Part shown: piece after piece, positions 37,291 through 52,105 of the stretch
Layout: each line of letters starts with the position of its first letter
Position numbering within the stretch: the stretch's first letter is position 1
Assembly: GCA_951406725.2 (NCBI GenBank)
Contig: OX597825.1
Location: forward strand, 72,292,001-72,356,000
Direction of reading: 5' to 3'
Length of the DNA stretch: 64,000 nucleotides
DNA from: Octopus vulgaris
Taxonomy: Eukaryota
The notes under the pieces: model-generated
The model's database searches: none
The model's input: only the letters and a program-made list of their open reading frames with translations
What the model was told of the DNA's origin: nothing
Made by a program: the position numbers and the translations under genes

Positions 37291-40200
37291 CTGAAATCTT
37301 GTGAATTTGGTGCATCAGATTAGTAAATCTCGCCATCTTAAATTCAACTGACTCCTTTTTTTAAATATATCTCTTTTAGACTACATTATTTTATTCTGTT
37401 TATATTTCTCCTCGTTGCCTTTTTTCCCACTGCTATACTTTACAACAGACCGTTACATTAATGAAACAAAACACTAGTAACTCACCACTGAATTATTAAT
37501 GGAGCTAGCTGCCAAGAATGCACTGCGTACAAAAATCCGATTAATCCAATAACAATGGGTTTATATACAGTTTGTTCCTAGACAAACAAGGTACTCACTC
37601 ACTGATGATATGCCAACAGAAGACAAGAATTAATCCGGATGTTTCCTTTCTTCCGCACACGAACATTTTGTATATAAAATTGAGGTTTTTACATATCTTT
37701 ACATTCAGTGTAGCTTTCTTTCCGTTAGGCAAAAGGCCGTTTTTGTGTTACTATACATCATTTATTAGATGGACTCTGATGATATTAGCTGATATTTATT
37801 TAAATTATAGGTTATGAAGGAATGACATGTAAAGTATCTAACATGCCAAATGGATTTGATCTGATGTTGGAAATTGATAATGTATCCTATAATGCATCAG
37901 TCTTAGTGACCCATGCTGCACTCTGGACGGAATAAATGCTCCATTGTATTGATAATTTGGTGAAATTTGAGAGAGAATTTAGAGTGAACGTGTCTTAGTG
38001 GTAAGCGTGTTGGGCTCACGATCACAGTGTCGCCAGTTCAATACCTGAGCCGACCGGTGACTTGTGACTTTGAGCAAGGCACCTCGTTTCATGTTGCCCC
38101 AGTCTAATCGACTAAATGTTTGATCCTTCTCGAGCCATGCCTGGATCATAAGGGCCGGTTCCCCGGTTTCCTTGGTGTATAGGTTCCCCACCTGGACGGG
38201 ACGCCGGTCCGTCGCAGGTGAGCTGCAAGATGCAGGAGGAAAGAGTGAGTGAAAGTTGTGGCGAAAGAGTCAGCAGAAGTACGCCATTACCTTCTGCCGG
38301 AGCCGCTCATAAACACACACATCGTTTATGAGGTGTTTCGCTCCTGAACACACACATCGCCCGGTCTGAGATTCGAACCCGCGATCTTTCGACCATGAGT
38401 CCGCTACTCTAACCACTAGACCATGTGCTTCCACAATCAGCTAAATGAGTAACACATAGGTACTAGTGCAGATCTTTCTCTATCTAGTTGTCACGTCTTG
38501 GGTGACAAAATTTTCAGCGGCATTTCGTCCGTCTTTATGCATTGAGTTCAAATCCTGCTGGAGTCGACTTTGCTTTTCATCATTTCCGGATCGATAAAAT
38601 ACCAGTTGATCAATGGAGTCAATGTAATCCACTCACAACCTCCCCAGAAATTTTAGGCCTTGTGCTAAAATAGGAAACCGATATAAGACTATTGCATAAC
38701 TACTTTAGGATGTAGTACTACTTCAGAAGAAGAGAAGAAAGAAGAGAAAGAAGATAAGAAGTTGAAAGAAGACAGCTTGGGAAGAACGCATGTGTGACAG
38801 GTTCACATGTTCGACATATTTTGTATGTACGTATAACAATATTGTATGATGGTTGCCATGTCTGTACAAAACAGTGTATGTCCTTAGCTGAACTGAAAAG
38901 ACACAGCGGTGCTGTTCATGTTTAATAGAACAACCAAGTGATGGTATTACTTGAAATCGCGTTGCAGCCGTCTTGTAAATATATAAACACATTCAGTTTT
39001 TAAAAGCCTTAAATCTAAAACTTTAAAGTAAATTTTCATACGCAGCATTAACAGAACACCAATTAGGTGACAGACGTTCGGCTCTTCTTTCTTTCTTTCA
39101 AAGCAAACACTTCAGTTCGTCTTGTTAGCGTTATAGGTTAACTAAATGGTTCTTTTAACTTCCCGTATTGTAAAAGACTACAACCAACAATCATACTTGC
39201 AAATATAAAAAAAAATATATACATTAGCAAAGACTACACAAAATATAATGCATAACTCTTATCAATATCGATTCTAATGATCAAAGTTTATAGGGAAATA
39301 TGCCTCCTACAAATGCATCAGAATGTTAATTTAAGAGCAAACATTATTTTTAAACATCACTTAGTGAAATATGATAATCAAATGAATGAACGAAAACAAA
39401 AGAATGGAAGATGAAAGGAAGTAATTTTTAAAATATTAATAATAATTAAGACGCAGGTAAGGGAATGTTGTTAAGAATCTTGTTTTCGGGTTCAATCCCA
39501 CTACGCGGCACTTTGAATAAGAGACTTCTACTAGAGTCCGACTCGATCAATGTCTTTTGAGGGAATTTGGTCGGTGGAAACTATGCGGAACTTCATTGTA
39601 TGTGTGTGTGTATGTACATACACACATAGATACACACACATATATACATACATACACACACACACATATATACATACATACACACATACATATGGGCGCA
39701 TGTGTGTCTGTGATTTCCCATACCAGCATCGCTTGACAACCGCTGTTAGTTTGTTTACATCGCCTATAACTATAACTATAACTATAACAATAAGCGGTTC
39801 ACCAAAAGAGACGAAATAGAATAAATACCAAACTTAAAAAATAAGTATTGGGGGAAATTTGTTCGATGTGTGGCTGAGTATTTCTAAGTCGCATAACCCC
39901 AATAAGTAATCCTTTAGTTAAGTAATGAAATGCTATTTTCCCCAATATTAATAGAGTAAAATGTGGAGGCACGTGGCTTAGTGTTTAGAGTGTTGGACTC
40001 GTGATACTGAGGTTGCTCTTTCGATTCTTCGACCGGGTGATGCATTGTGTTATTGAGCAAAGCACTTCATTTTTCTCGTTGCATGACGCTGCAGTCCACC
40101 CAGCTGGCAAAAATGAGTAATCCTGCGACGGACCGGCGTCTGCCCGGTAGTAGGCGGCAGGAATTTATACGTTACAGAATCCAGAAGACTGGCCTTCTGA

Positions 40201-40761
40201 GTTTATGGGTCGGGAAAGACGTTTGATTCTCTTTGAACAGAGTAAAATATTTCTGGTACAAATACAAATACAAAGAAAGGGAGACAGAAGAGAAAATAGA
40301 GGGAAGAGAAAAAGAAAGTACTAGGCAGAGAGGTGGAGGACGGGATAGGAAAATGGATGGAAAATGGGAGGAAAGGAAAGAATTAAAATGAAAATATAAT
40401 AGATGAGAGAGAGGGAGAGAGAGAGAAAGAGAGAAAGTAAGAGAAATAAAAAGGGGTGTAAAATAAATATTAATCTTTCTACTACAGGTACAAGGCCTTA
40501 AATTTTGTAGGAGGGTGGGGGGCTGGTCGAATACATAGAACCCAGCGGTCGACTGGTACTTATTTTTTGGACACTGAGAAGATGAAAGCCAAAGTCCACC
40601 TCGGGGGAATTTGAACTCAGAACGTAAAGCCGGAAGAAATGTTGATTGGCGTTTTGTCCGACGTCCTAATGATTCTGCTAACTGACAGCCTTTACGAGCA
40701 GACATTAATGAGATTGTGTAGCAATTTGGTGAAGAAGCACTGATTAGAAGGGTTAAAATAA

Positions 40762-40803
<42 letters not shown>

Positions 40804-41071
40804 GAGTAAACGCGTTTAGAGAGAGAGAGAGAAAGTGACAGAGGGGAGACAGAGAGAGAGAGAGAGATGGAAGACAGACAGAGAGAAAGAAATTAGAGGA
40901 TGAATGCTAGAAAATTGGAAATCAAGAATACTAGAATGATTAATAGGTAAAGAGAAAAAAATATTTTTGCAAGGGTTAAAGTACACATAACGAGTACACA
41001 GAGATAAAGGGAGGAAGAGAGAGCAGTGGGAGGTAGAAACTTCGGGGAGGGAGAGAGAGAGAGGGAGTGAG

Positions 41072-41072
<1 letters not shown>

Positions 41073-41166
<94 letters not shown>

Positions 41167-41173
41167 AAAAGGA

Positions 41174-41229
<56 letters not shown>

Positions 41230-41240
41230 AAAAAGAAAGA
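41073..41240. repeat. (GAAA)n microsatellite
   Basis: Directly visible. Confidence 0.95.
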
Positions 41241-41755
41241 AAATAATGTAAGAATGAGAGAGAAAAAGCACGTATGTTTTAAAGAAAAATCTTAGCTGAA
41301 AAGGAGAGACAGAACTAACCACTATAGCAACAACAACAACAACAACAACAACAACAGCAACAACAACAACAAGAGATAAATGGAGAAACAGGAACCCAAC
41401 AATATCGAATTATACTCCGATGGGAGTCTATGATATATTGGAGAATTGACCATCTTCCCCCATCTGCCGTTGACTCTAATAATAAATTGTTTTAAAATGT
41501 TTTATTGGTGCAACCCAACCAATTATCTCAATCAGATTGTCGTAATTTCATTTTTTAAAATACATTACCATCACTAAACTACACCTAATCGAATAAAGGA
41601 ACAGTTATAGGACAGAGATTGCAGATGTTTCTACCATCACCTGGCGCCCAACAGAAGAATTAATCTTCTTGGAGAGAAAGAAACCAAGAAAGTTAATATT
41701 GCTACTTTTATTATTATTGTTATTACTATTATTATTATTGTCATTATTATTATTG

Positions 41756-41836
<81 letters not shown>

Positions 41837-41838
<2 letters not shown>

Positions 41839-41977
41839 AGGTTGTCCCAAAAGTTCGTAGAAAGTCTTGGAAAATAATGGTCTTTATTTTGAGGAATAAT
41901 TTTTGTTGTTTTTGTTAGTACTTGGCGAGTAAAAATTCAATTTTCGGAAGTGTTTACGAACTTTTGGGACAACCTAA
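41837..41977. mobile_element. Mariner-type MITE inserted in an (ATT)n tract
   Basis: TIRs AGGTTGTCCCAAAAGTTCGTA and TACGAACTTTTGGGACAACCT, with TA flanks. Confidence 0.85.
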
Positions 41978-42064
<87 letters not shown>

Positions 42065-42461
42065 GGCGGCGAGCTGGCAAAAACGTTAGCACGCCGGGCG
42101 AAATGCTTTGTGGTATTTCGTCCGCCGCTGCGTTCTGAGTTCAAATTCCGCCGAGGTCGACTTTGCCTTTCATCCTTTCGGGGTCGATAAATTAAGTACC
42201 AGTTACGCACTGGAAGTCGATGTAATCGACTTAATCCGTTTGTCTGTCCTTGATTGTCCTCTCTGTGTTTAGTCCCTTGTGGGTAGTAAAGAAATAGGTA
42301 TTTCATCTGCTGCTACGTTCTGAGTTCAAATTCCGACGAGGTCGACTTTGTCTTACATCCTTTGGAGGTCGATAAATTAAGTACCAGTGAAACACTGGGA
42401 TCGATGTAATCGTCTACTCCCCTATCCACAAGTATGAGGCCTTGTGCCTCCAGTAGAAAAG

Positions 42462-42499
<38 letters not shown>

Positions 42500-42700
42500 A
42501 GCGGCGAGCTGGTAGAATCGTTAGTGAAATGCTTAGAGGCGGTTCGCCCGTCATTATGTTCCGAGTTCAAATTTTGCCAAGGCCGGCTTTGCCTTTCATC
42601 CTTTCGGGGAATGATGAAATAAGTACCAGTTGATTAGTGGGGTCAATGTAATCCACTCCCCCCACCCCGAAATTGCTGGCCTTGTGCTAAAATTTGAAAC
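42065..42700 (+). mobile_element. SINE family A dimer (42065-42462) followed by an older monomer (42500-42700)
   Basis: Full head, junction AAAGAAATAG|GTATTTC at ~42297; the second unit ends in an alternative GGCCTTGTGCC...GTAGAAAAG tail. Confidence 0.85.
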
Positions 42701-43110
42701 CGTCATTATAGTTGTTGTTGTTGTTGCTATTGTTGTTACTGGCTTTGTCTTCTAAATTTCTTTCACAAAGCTAAGAAAACGCACACGGGAGATGCTGTGT
42801 CGTGGGATAAAGTTCCGATATATTTGACGGCGAAGGTAACTCCTTAACTACCAATAAAATGTGGCAAAGAAGCAGACAGATATACAGTCGCTCAACCTTC
42901 AATAAATAGCAGCCATATTCCTCCTATATCCTCCTATATTACAAGATGCGGAAAGTCCCGTTCTTGTTATCTTTGCCCATCCTATTATTTGCGTTTTGGT
43001 GTACCCTGGTCAGTTGGTGACCACTTTATCTAGTTATTATCTATCTAGTGCTTACACACACATATATACGCGTGCGCTCTCATGATGCACTGGAGCAGCT
43101 GTATTCCATT

Positions 43111-43319
43111 GGCAGAAACGTTAGCACGCCGGGCGAAATGCTAAGCGGTATTTCGTCTGCGTTACGTTGTGAGTTCGAATTCCGCCGAGGTCGACTTTGC
43201 CTTTCATCCTTTCGGGGTCGATAAATTAAGTACCAGTTACGCACTGGGGTCGATGTAATCGACTTAACACCTATGTCTGTCCCATCTGTGTTTAGCCCCT
43301 TGTGGGTAATGAAGAAATA
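43111..43319 (+). mobile_element. SINE family A, 12-bp TSD
   Basis: TSD TGTATTCCATTG at 43100-43111 and 43320-43331. Confidence 0.85.
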
Positions 43320-44427
43320 TGTATTCCATTGAAATTAATATATTAAATATTTCCTGCAGACCAACTGTGAGATAAAATATATTGTCGAAGCTGACTGGTA
43401 AGGTTTGAACTCAGTCTTCAATCGATGAAATTACTTGCTGCCCCGAGCGTTACCATCTGCGCCACCCTTATAAACCTGCTAACAATATCGCAATAAATTA
43501 TATTAATAGTAATGGTTTCAAATTTTAGCACAAGGCTAACAATTTAAGGGGGAGATTGTAAGTCGATTCTTATTTCATCGATACTGAATGGATGGAAGGC
43601 AAAATCGACCAGACCACGGCGGAATTTGAACTGAGAATGCGACGGACGCCGGCTCACCCGCTTAGGTAACAGTTATAATAACGATTTCAAATTTTGGCAC
43701 AAGATCACCAGCTTTTGGTGTGGGGGCTAGTCGATTACAACGACCACGGTGTTCGACTGGTACTTATTTTATCGACCCAAAGAGAGAAATGGCAAAGTCC
43801 ACCTCAGCAGATTTTGACGGAATGCCACGAAGTATTTTGTCCGGCCTGCTAACGATTCTACTAGTTCGCCCCCATAGTGGAATGGAAGCACTCCGTCGGT
43901 TACGACGATGAGGGTTCCGGTTGATCCGAATCAACGGAACAGCCTGCTCGTGAAATTAACGCGTAAGTGGCTGAGCACTTCACAGACACGTGTACCCTTA
44001 ACGTAGTTCTCGGGGATATTCAGCGTGACACAGAGAGTGACAAGGCCGGCCCCTTGAAATACAGGTACATCAGAAACAGGAAGTAAGAGTGAGAGAAAGT
44101 TGTGGTGAAAGAGTACAGCAGGGATCACCACCATCCCCTGCCGGAGCCTCGTGGAGCTTTTTAGGTGTTTTCGCTCAATAAACACTCACAACGAAACACT
44201 CACAATCGAAACCGCGATCCTATGACCGCGAGTCCGCTGCCCTAACCACTGGGCCATTGCGCCTCCACACAGATAGTTACATATATTATACGACAGGCTT
44301 TTTTCGGGTTCTGCCTGGCAAGTCCACTCAAGTCTTTGGTCGGCCCGGGGCGACAATACAAGGTATTTGCTTAAGATGCCGCGCCATATGATTAAACATA
44401 GAACCGTGTAGTTTGGAGACAACTACT

Positions 44428-45506
44428 TATTTCTTTATTGCCCAAAAGGGGCTAAATATAGATGGGACAAACAAGGACAGACAAACGGATTAAGTCGATT
44501 ATATCGACCCCAGTGCATAACTGGTACTTAATTTATCGATCCCGAAATGATGAAAGGCAAAGTCGACCTCGGCGGAATTCGAACTTAGAACGTAAAGGCA
44601 GACGAAATACCTATTTCTTTACTACCCACAAGGGGCTAAATACAGAGGGGACAAACAAGGACAGACAAACGGATTAAGTCGATTATATCGACCCCAGTGC
44701 GTAACTGGTACTTAATTTATCGATCCCGAAATGATGAAAGGCAAAGTCGACCTCGGCGGAATTCGAACTTAGAACGTAAAGGCAGACGAAATACCTATTT
44801 CTTTACTACCCAAAAGGGGCTAAACACAGAGGGGACAAACAAGGACAGACAAACGGATTAAGTCGATTATATCGACCCCAGTGCGTAACTGGTACTTAAT
44901 TTATCGATCCCGAAATGATGAAAGGCAAAGTCGACCTCGGCGGAATTCGAACTTAGAACGTAAAGGCAGACGAATACCTATTTCTTTACTGCCCACAAGG
45001 GGCTAAACACAGAGGGGACAAACAAGGACAGACAAACGGATTAAGTCGATTATATCGACCCCAGTGCGTAACTGGTACTTAATTTATCGATCCCGAAATG
45101 ATGAAAGGCAAAGTCGACCTCGGCGGAATTCGAACTTAGAACGTAAAGGCAGACGAATACCTATTTCTTTATCGCCCACAAGGGGCTAAACACAGAGGGG
45201 ACAAACAAGGACAGACAAACGGATTAAGTCGATTATATCGACCTCAGTGCATAACTGGTACTTAATTTATCGATCCCGAAATGATGACAGGCAAAGTCGA
45301 CCTCGGCGGAATTTGAACTTAGAACGTAACGGCAGACGAAATACCTATTTCTTTACTACCCACAAGGGGCTAAACACAGAGGGGACAAACAAAGACAGAC
45401 AAACGGATTAAGTCGACCTCGGCGGAATTTGAACATAGAACGTAACGGCAGACGAAATACGGCTACGCATTTCACCCGGCGTGCTAACGATTCTGCCAGC
45501 TCGCCG
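44428..45506 (-). repeat. SINE-A-derived tandem array: five 183-184-bp units plus one internally deleted, head-bearing unit
   Basis: Unit starts (TATTTCTTTA) at 44428, 44612, 44796, 44979, 45162 and 45346. Confidence 0.95.
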
Positions 45507-45675
45507 TCTTTGTTGTGCGTAATATTGTAATATTGTGCGATTATTGCTGTTGTTGTGATAACCATACGAGTGTCGCAATTAATATTAATTGTTATGTTGT
45601 TGCAAACAAATTTTTAAAAAATGCAATAACAACTACTATCACTACAACTACTATTACTGCTGCTGCCGCTACTGT

Positions 45676-45708
<33 letters not shown>

Positions 45709-46211
45709 AAAACAATAACTACAAAAACAACCACAACAACAGCTGCACTAAAATATGCTTGAAATATAATTAGACACTGATTGGTTACTAAGCAACGAAA
45801 CAATTTCAAGCTGTTATTCATTAATTTATCTATTTGTTGAAATTCCATTTGCCGACCACAGCTATTCCCCTCTGTTAAATTAGTTTATAATATGCTACAA
45901 TGGTCAAGTGGCGCAGTTTATCATCTAACACGGCATTATATGGTATCATATATGTGTATGTTTTATATCATATGTTCCTACGGTCAAGTGTTACTGTTTA
46001 TCATATAATATGGCATTATATATGTATATGTTATTGTAATTATCCTTATAGACTGCTGTAATTGGGAAGTGCATCAGTTGATCAATTCCAAGAATACTAA
46101 TTTATTTGTTATTGAATTTTTAACCGCGGGTTAGCTTCGATTGAGAATAACTACCATCAAAATCGTTGAAATTGTGTCTGTTCCATCAATAATTTTCTTT
46201 TCTTAGACATA

Positions 46212-46612
46212 GGCGTAGGAGTGGCTGTGTGGTAAGTAGCTTGCTTACTACCAACCACATGGTTCCGAGTTCAGTCCCACTGCGTGCCACCTTGGGCAAG
46301 TGTCTTCTACTATAACCTCGGGCCGACCAAAGCCTTGTGAGTGGATTTGGTAGACGGAAACTGAAAGAAGCCCGTCGTATATATGTATATATATGTATGT
46401 GCGTGTTTGCGTGTCTGTGTTTGTCCCCCCAACATCGCTTGACAACCGATGCTGGTGTGTTTACGTCCCCGTAACTTAGCGGTTCTGCAAAAGAGACCGA
46501 TAAAATAAGTACTAGGCGTACAAAGAATGAGTCCTGGGATCGATTTGCTCGACTAAAGGCGGTGCCCCAGCATGGCCGCTGACAAATGACTGAAACAAGT
46601 AAAAGGGAAAAA
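46212..46612 (+). mobile_element. SINE family B copy
   Basis: Full-length copy. Others lie at ~6041-6357(+), 12275-12610(-), 13714-14212(+), 21580-21750(+), 34296-34800(-), 39450-39865(+), 48031-48415(+), 50620-51060(+), 51450-51655(+) and 55935-56380(-). Confidence 0.9.
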
Positions 46613-48188
46613 GAAAGAAAGAGATATGGCATCTACAACGACATTATCTAATGTATTCTTTGTTTTTGTTTCTTGTTTTTTGTAGCATAATATTTTTTTA
46701 TCTTTTAACTTCGACTTGATTCAATAATTGGAGTCCGGCCATGCTGGTTCATCGAATTCAAGTGTTTATTCGAACAAATGGCTACTTTCATTGTCTGATA
46801 TTTATTCTATCGAATCCTTTGTCGAACCGCTACGTTATGGGGATGCAAACAAATTACTCAAGAAACAGGAAGATAGAGTAAGGGAAAGTTGGGGCGAAAG
46901 AGTACAACAGGAGTTGCCACCACCCCCTACCAGAGCCTCGTGGAGCTTTAGGTGTTTTCGTTCAATAAACACAAGCAACGCCCGGTCTTGGAATCGAAAC
47001 CGCGATCCTCCGACCGCGAGTTTGCTGCCCTAACCACTGGGCCATTGCACCTCCATGACAGAATAAGTACCAGACTTCAAAAAACGTAATAAGTATTGAG
47101 GTCGATTCGTTTCACCAAATCCTTGCAGGTGATGTTTTCTAAATTATTTCAGTTTTTGCTTCAGTTTCATGTTGGGATTGCGGGGCTATTCCATAGCATA
47201 AAACTACATTCGGAGATTTTTGAAAAATCATAAAATTGTTTCGCGACAAACTAATTTTGTGAAACAGCTGCTCTACGGTTTACAATATTTCGGTTGAAAA
47301 CCGAGATTTTAGCCAAGCATGGGCAATATATACCGAGAAGTGGGCTGTACAGGACATGGGTTGTCATCAGAGGAGCTGCAGAAAACATGGTTCGTTATTA
47401 GGGGGCCGCACTACAAAAATCTTGCAAGGTAATTTTTCGTTAGGTGTTCATGTGGACCACATGCGACCCGTAGGCAGCAGTTTGCCTATATAATTTTTTT
47501 ACACGTCCCGTCTTTCACATATTGTGCCCCTCATTGAAAAGTTCTTCATGGTTGTAGCTGTATTGAAGAAAAATATATTTACGGTGATCGAAGCCTCGTA
47601 TATTTAACAACACCAACCCGAACGTGAATAATTTTATCGAAATGCACTCTGTTGCAAACATTCAAACTAGATCTACGGCCTATGGATCATTTCCTCGATT
47701 CCTTCCACTACTTCCGAGTTCCTACAAAGGACCGTGGACCTTACTGTCCTCATTTGATTAATATAAATAATGAAGATGGATTGCTTTCTTGAGTTGTATA
47801 CAATCTGCCTATTTACCTATTGATTTATGCAGTTGGAGGAGATGGACATCAAATGCTTCGTGGATTATGAAGAGATGATATTGGGACCATAGACAACGTC
47901 ATATACAGGAATAACTTCCGTGTCCATCGACATAACATGTATAACGTATTATGTGTACAGATAATATGCTATATTTTGGAGTAACATACTATGTGAATAT
48001 AATAAAGGGTTATATGTCAGAATGAGTGTAGGCATGTCTGTGTGGCGTTGAAGTTTGCTTTGTAAACCACGTGGTTTCAGGTTCAGTCCCACTGCGCGGC
48101 AGCTTGGGCAAGTGTCTTCTGCTATATTCCTGAGACGACTCGTTCTTTATGAGTGAATTTGATAGACAGAAACTGTGCGGAAACCCGT

Positions 48189-48231
<43 letters not shown>

Positions 48232-51200
48232 CTGATTGTGTTTTTCTTGTTTACCTTGCTGTAAATTAGCGGATCGGAAAAAGAGGCTAAGTGCCAAACT
48301 AAAAAAATAAAAAAAAAAAAAAAAAAAAAAAATTCAGAGGTAGATTTATTCGAGTAGACCCTTCAAGGCGGTGCCCCAGCATGGTCGCAATCCAATAACT
48401 GAGACAAGAAAAAGATAACCGATCTATTCACCATCAGAGCAACTTCATTGGTCATATTGATGTTGGGTTTATCTCCAGACATAATAGCGACGCCAGTGTT
48501 GTATTGTTACTATGAATTACTACGATCAAAGCTGTCCCATCCATGATCTTCCGATCATTCTGTCGGTTATTGCTTGTCTGTGATTACGTTAGCCACTCTA
48601 CCGAACATGTTAGTGTGTGTGTGCGTGTGTGTTTCTGGGGGGTGTGTGATTTGACTGCTGTTTTGGGGGCTTTGAACAGTCAAACTGTAGTTTCCCTTAT
48701 CAGCTCCGCTGTGAATGTTGTAGATGTAGTTGGTATAGAGTTTGCGGTGGCGGTGGTGGTAGTGGTGGTGGTTGCGGTGCTTTTGGTGGTGGTGCTGGTT
48801 AGTGGTAGTGCTGGTGGTGGTGGTGTTGGTGGTGGTACTGGTGGTGGTGCTGGTGGTGGTGTGAGGTTAAGGATTATGTAGAAAAAACTTGTAGTAGTAA
48901 CAGCTGTAGTGTTAATGATGGCGATGGTGGCGGCGGCGGCGGCGGTGGTGGTGGTGGTGGTGGTGGTGGCGGTGGTGGTGGTGGTGGTACTGTTGGTGCT
49001 AGTGTTGGTCGTGATAATTATGGTGGTCAGGGTCATGGTCATGATAGAGATGCTGGTTGTGATGATGTTCGTCGTGTTAGTCGTCGTCGTGGTGTCGTCG
49101 GTCTTGACGGCGGCGACGGCAACATCATTCACGATGGTGGGGGCGATGACCTTCATGGTGGTGATGGCAGTGTTGGCGTTGATGTTGCCGTTGCTATTAA
49201 AGGTCACTACAGATATATGTCGGTGTATACAGAGGCTATCGTTAATGATACGTAAAGGCCAGAGTGTAAAAACGCTTCTCCTACTTAACATTTCTTCTAA
49301 AACATCAGGAAAACACGCCTACTGGTAGCAGTGGCTCCACCTCTGTCATGTAACAAGGAACGGCCTTATTCCAATACCAGTTCCAATCGCTAAACACAGA
49401 ATAGTATAACACTTCAGGCTACAACTGGCCCGCATCCTTTCGGAGTTAATTGTTGATATCCCAATAAAAAATAAAATCAATATTCCAATGTGTTCCATAA
49501 AGACAAGAGTTCAATCGATTTCGATAAAAGGTTTACCAAATCAATCAGTCACAGCTATCATTCTTAATAAGCCTCCGATAAGGTAGTTACTATAGTTACT
49601 AATTAAAATCCATTTAATTAGATTCAATGTACTCTTGTAACTGTCGCTTGTAACCATGTAGGGCCCAAACATAATTACAATTATCCGATATTTATAGTTA
49701 GTTATATTCTTTTCTACTCTAGGCATAAGGCCTGAAACTTATGGAGGAAGGACCAGTCGATTAAATCGACCCCAATACGCAACTGGTGCTTAATTTATCG
49801 ACCCTGAAAGAATGAAAGGCAAAGTCGACCTCGGCGGAATTTTGACTCAGAACGTAGGAACGGGTGAAATACCGCAAACGATTCTGCCAGCTAACCGCCT
49901 TAGTCAATTATATTATTAATATGAGGACTCATGGTCTAGTGATTAAGATTTTACTCTCACGATCGCAAGATCTTGGTTTCGATTCCTGGACCGGGCAGTG
50001 CGTTGTATTCTTGATCAAAACAATTCGTTTTATGTTGATCACCTGTCCACTCACCTGTAAATGAGTAACCCAGCGGCGCTCTGGAGTCACGTTCAAAGGA
50101 AATGTTGGTCTGCCGCCTGGCCAACGTTGTGGCATCATTGGTAGCTACAACAAAGCGAAGAAGCGCATTGTGGCCAGCGATATGTAACAACATCCGATAG
50201 TCTGGTCGATACAGTGATACAGTTATAATCTTAATGCCATAAAGTAAACGATGACTTCTACAGAAGGCATCTCCACGCTGGCTTGGCTTGCTAAAAATAG
50301 CAGTTAATTCTGTTTGATCATCTACTGCGTTCTTCAAGAAAGAAAACAAGACACAATGCGAACATTTTAATTTAAATCGTCGTGTAAAGCCTCGATCAGA
50401 GTTGATAAGGGACAAAACAACTATATTTTAAATTTCGTTTCTTAGATCTTTGGGAAAACCATGAACAACACAACACAACATTTCGAAATATGAAGCAATT
50501 ATGTCTAAGAAATCAACAATTGCAGAACAAGGCAGGGAAGGCCACCGATAAGTATCGATCGCGTGTCGCAGTTTTGGTTTCCTCGGTGCTTAAGTCTTCT
50601 TTAGGTTTGGCTGTGTGCTTCAGAGCTCAATTTACAACTGTTTAGTTCTGGGTTCAATCACACGGCCTGGTGCCTTAAGCAAGTATATTTTAGTATAGGC
50701 CCGGACGAGTCAATGCCTTATGTGTAAACTGGTAGATGGACATTTTATGACAGTCTGTTGTATATCAAAAGGATGTGTTATAATACTATTCCACATATAC
50801 AAAAGCAGCCATACCAACAATCCAACATACTTCCATCTTCAGCTGCTCCACGCGTATCATTATGGTTTCGACATCTGGACAGTACCATATATACCACATA
50901 TATGTGTATGTGCGTGAGCGCATGCTTGTGTGTATGTGTTCTTGTGTTTGTCTTCCAACATTGCTTAATAATTGGAGTTGGTTTGTTTATGTCTCCCTAT
51001 CTTATAATTCGGTAAAGGAAACCGACAGACCAACTGAAGGTCTTAAAAAAGAAGTACTGATTTAGCCGATTTATCTTAAAGACGGACGAGATGCCGCCAT
51101 GCATTCTATTTGGCCTGCTAATGATTCTGTCAGTTCACCGCCTTTATTATAAGAAGTAATATTGCGATAGCGAAGAACGAATTATTGGACTCGATATTTT

Positions 51201-51352
51201 CTTTTTGTGCCATATTTATTGCGCTAGCGATGTATAAATCCCTTCTAGACCTTCCTTGCCCTTCCCAGTCAAACAAATCGACACCAGTTGTCAAACACTA
51301 GCTTCGGGTGGGGTACAAATACAGAAACACACATGCACATATACACATATTC

Positions 51353-51416
<64 letters not shown>

Positions 51417-52105
51417 GTATGTGTGTATATATATATACATATATATATATGCATGTATGTGTGTGTTCGTATGTCTCTGTTTGTTCCCATCACCACCACC
51501 ACCATCGCTTGAGAACCGATGTTGGTGTGTTTATATCCCCCTAACTTAGCGGTTCGGCAAAGAGACCGACAGAATAAGTACTAGGCTTACAAAGAATAAG
51601 TTCCAGGGGTCTATTTGTTCGACTGAAAGGCGGTGCTCCAGCATGGCCGCAGTCATATACATATATATGGAGAAAAAAATTCAAGATAGAAAATGCTAAA
51701 ATAATTTTATAAAATACATATATATGACCTTCCACATGGTTTTTGCCTAGCAAATTCACTCACAATTCACAAGGCAATGGTTGGCCAGAGACTTATCGCC
51801 CAAGATGTTGCACAATGAGACTGAACACAAAATCTTGTGGTTGGAAAGGGAGTTTGTTAACCAAACGGCTATACAGGTGCCTCGTTAACAAAGCGGTTGC
51901 TCTTTTTCTCTACTCTGTATATAAAGAATACTTTGGCACGAGAGAGAAATCAGGTGTCTTAATTAATTGCTAGAATGAGCCAAAAAGGATAATTGACAGA
52001 AAGTACCACTGAAAGAATATTACATGTTCATACTGTTCAAAGCTGTGAATTAACAGAATCACGAATACGTCGGAGACATTCATTCCGAATAATTATTCTG
52101 TGAAT

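Noticed and set aside
37487-37523. Possible middle AstC exon (TACGCAG|...GTG|GTGAGT on the minus strand)
   Set aside because: At 37 nt it breaks the frame, and it has a TAG in phase 0.
44428-45506. Regularly spaced repeats suggestive of a CRISPR array
   Set aside because: There are no unique spacers; whole units are identical SINE-derived sequence in a eukaryotic context.
48543-49328. Hydrophobic and Thr/Pro-rich ORFs resembling membrane proteins or mucins
   Set aside because: They are translations of degenerate (GGT)n/(GAT)n tracts, open on both strands.
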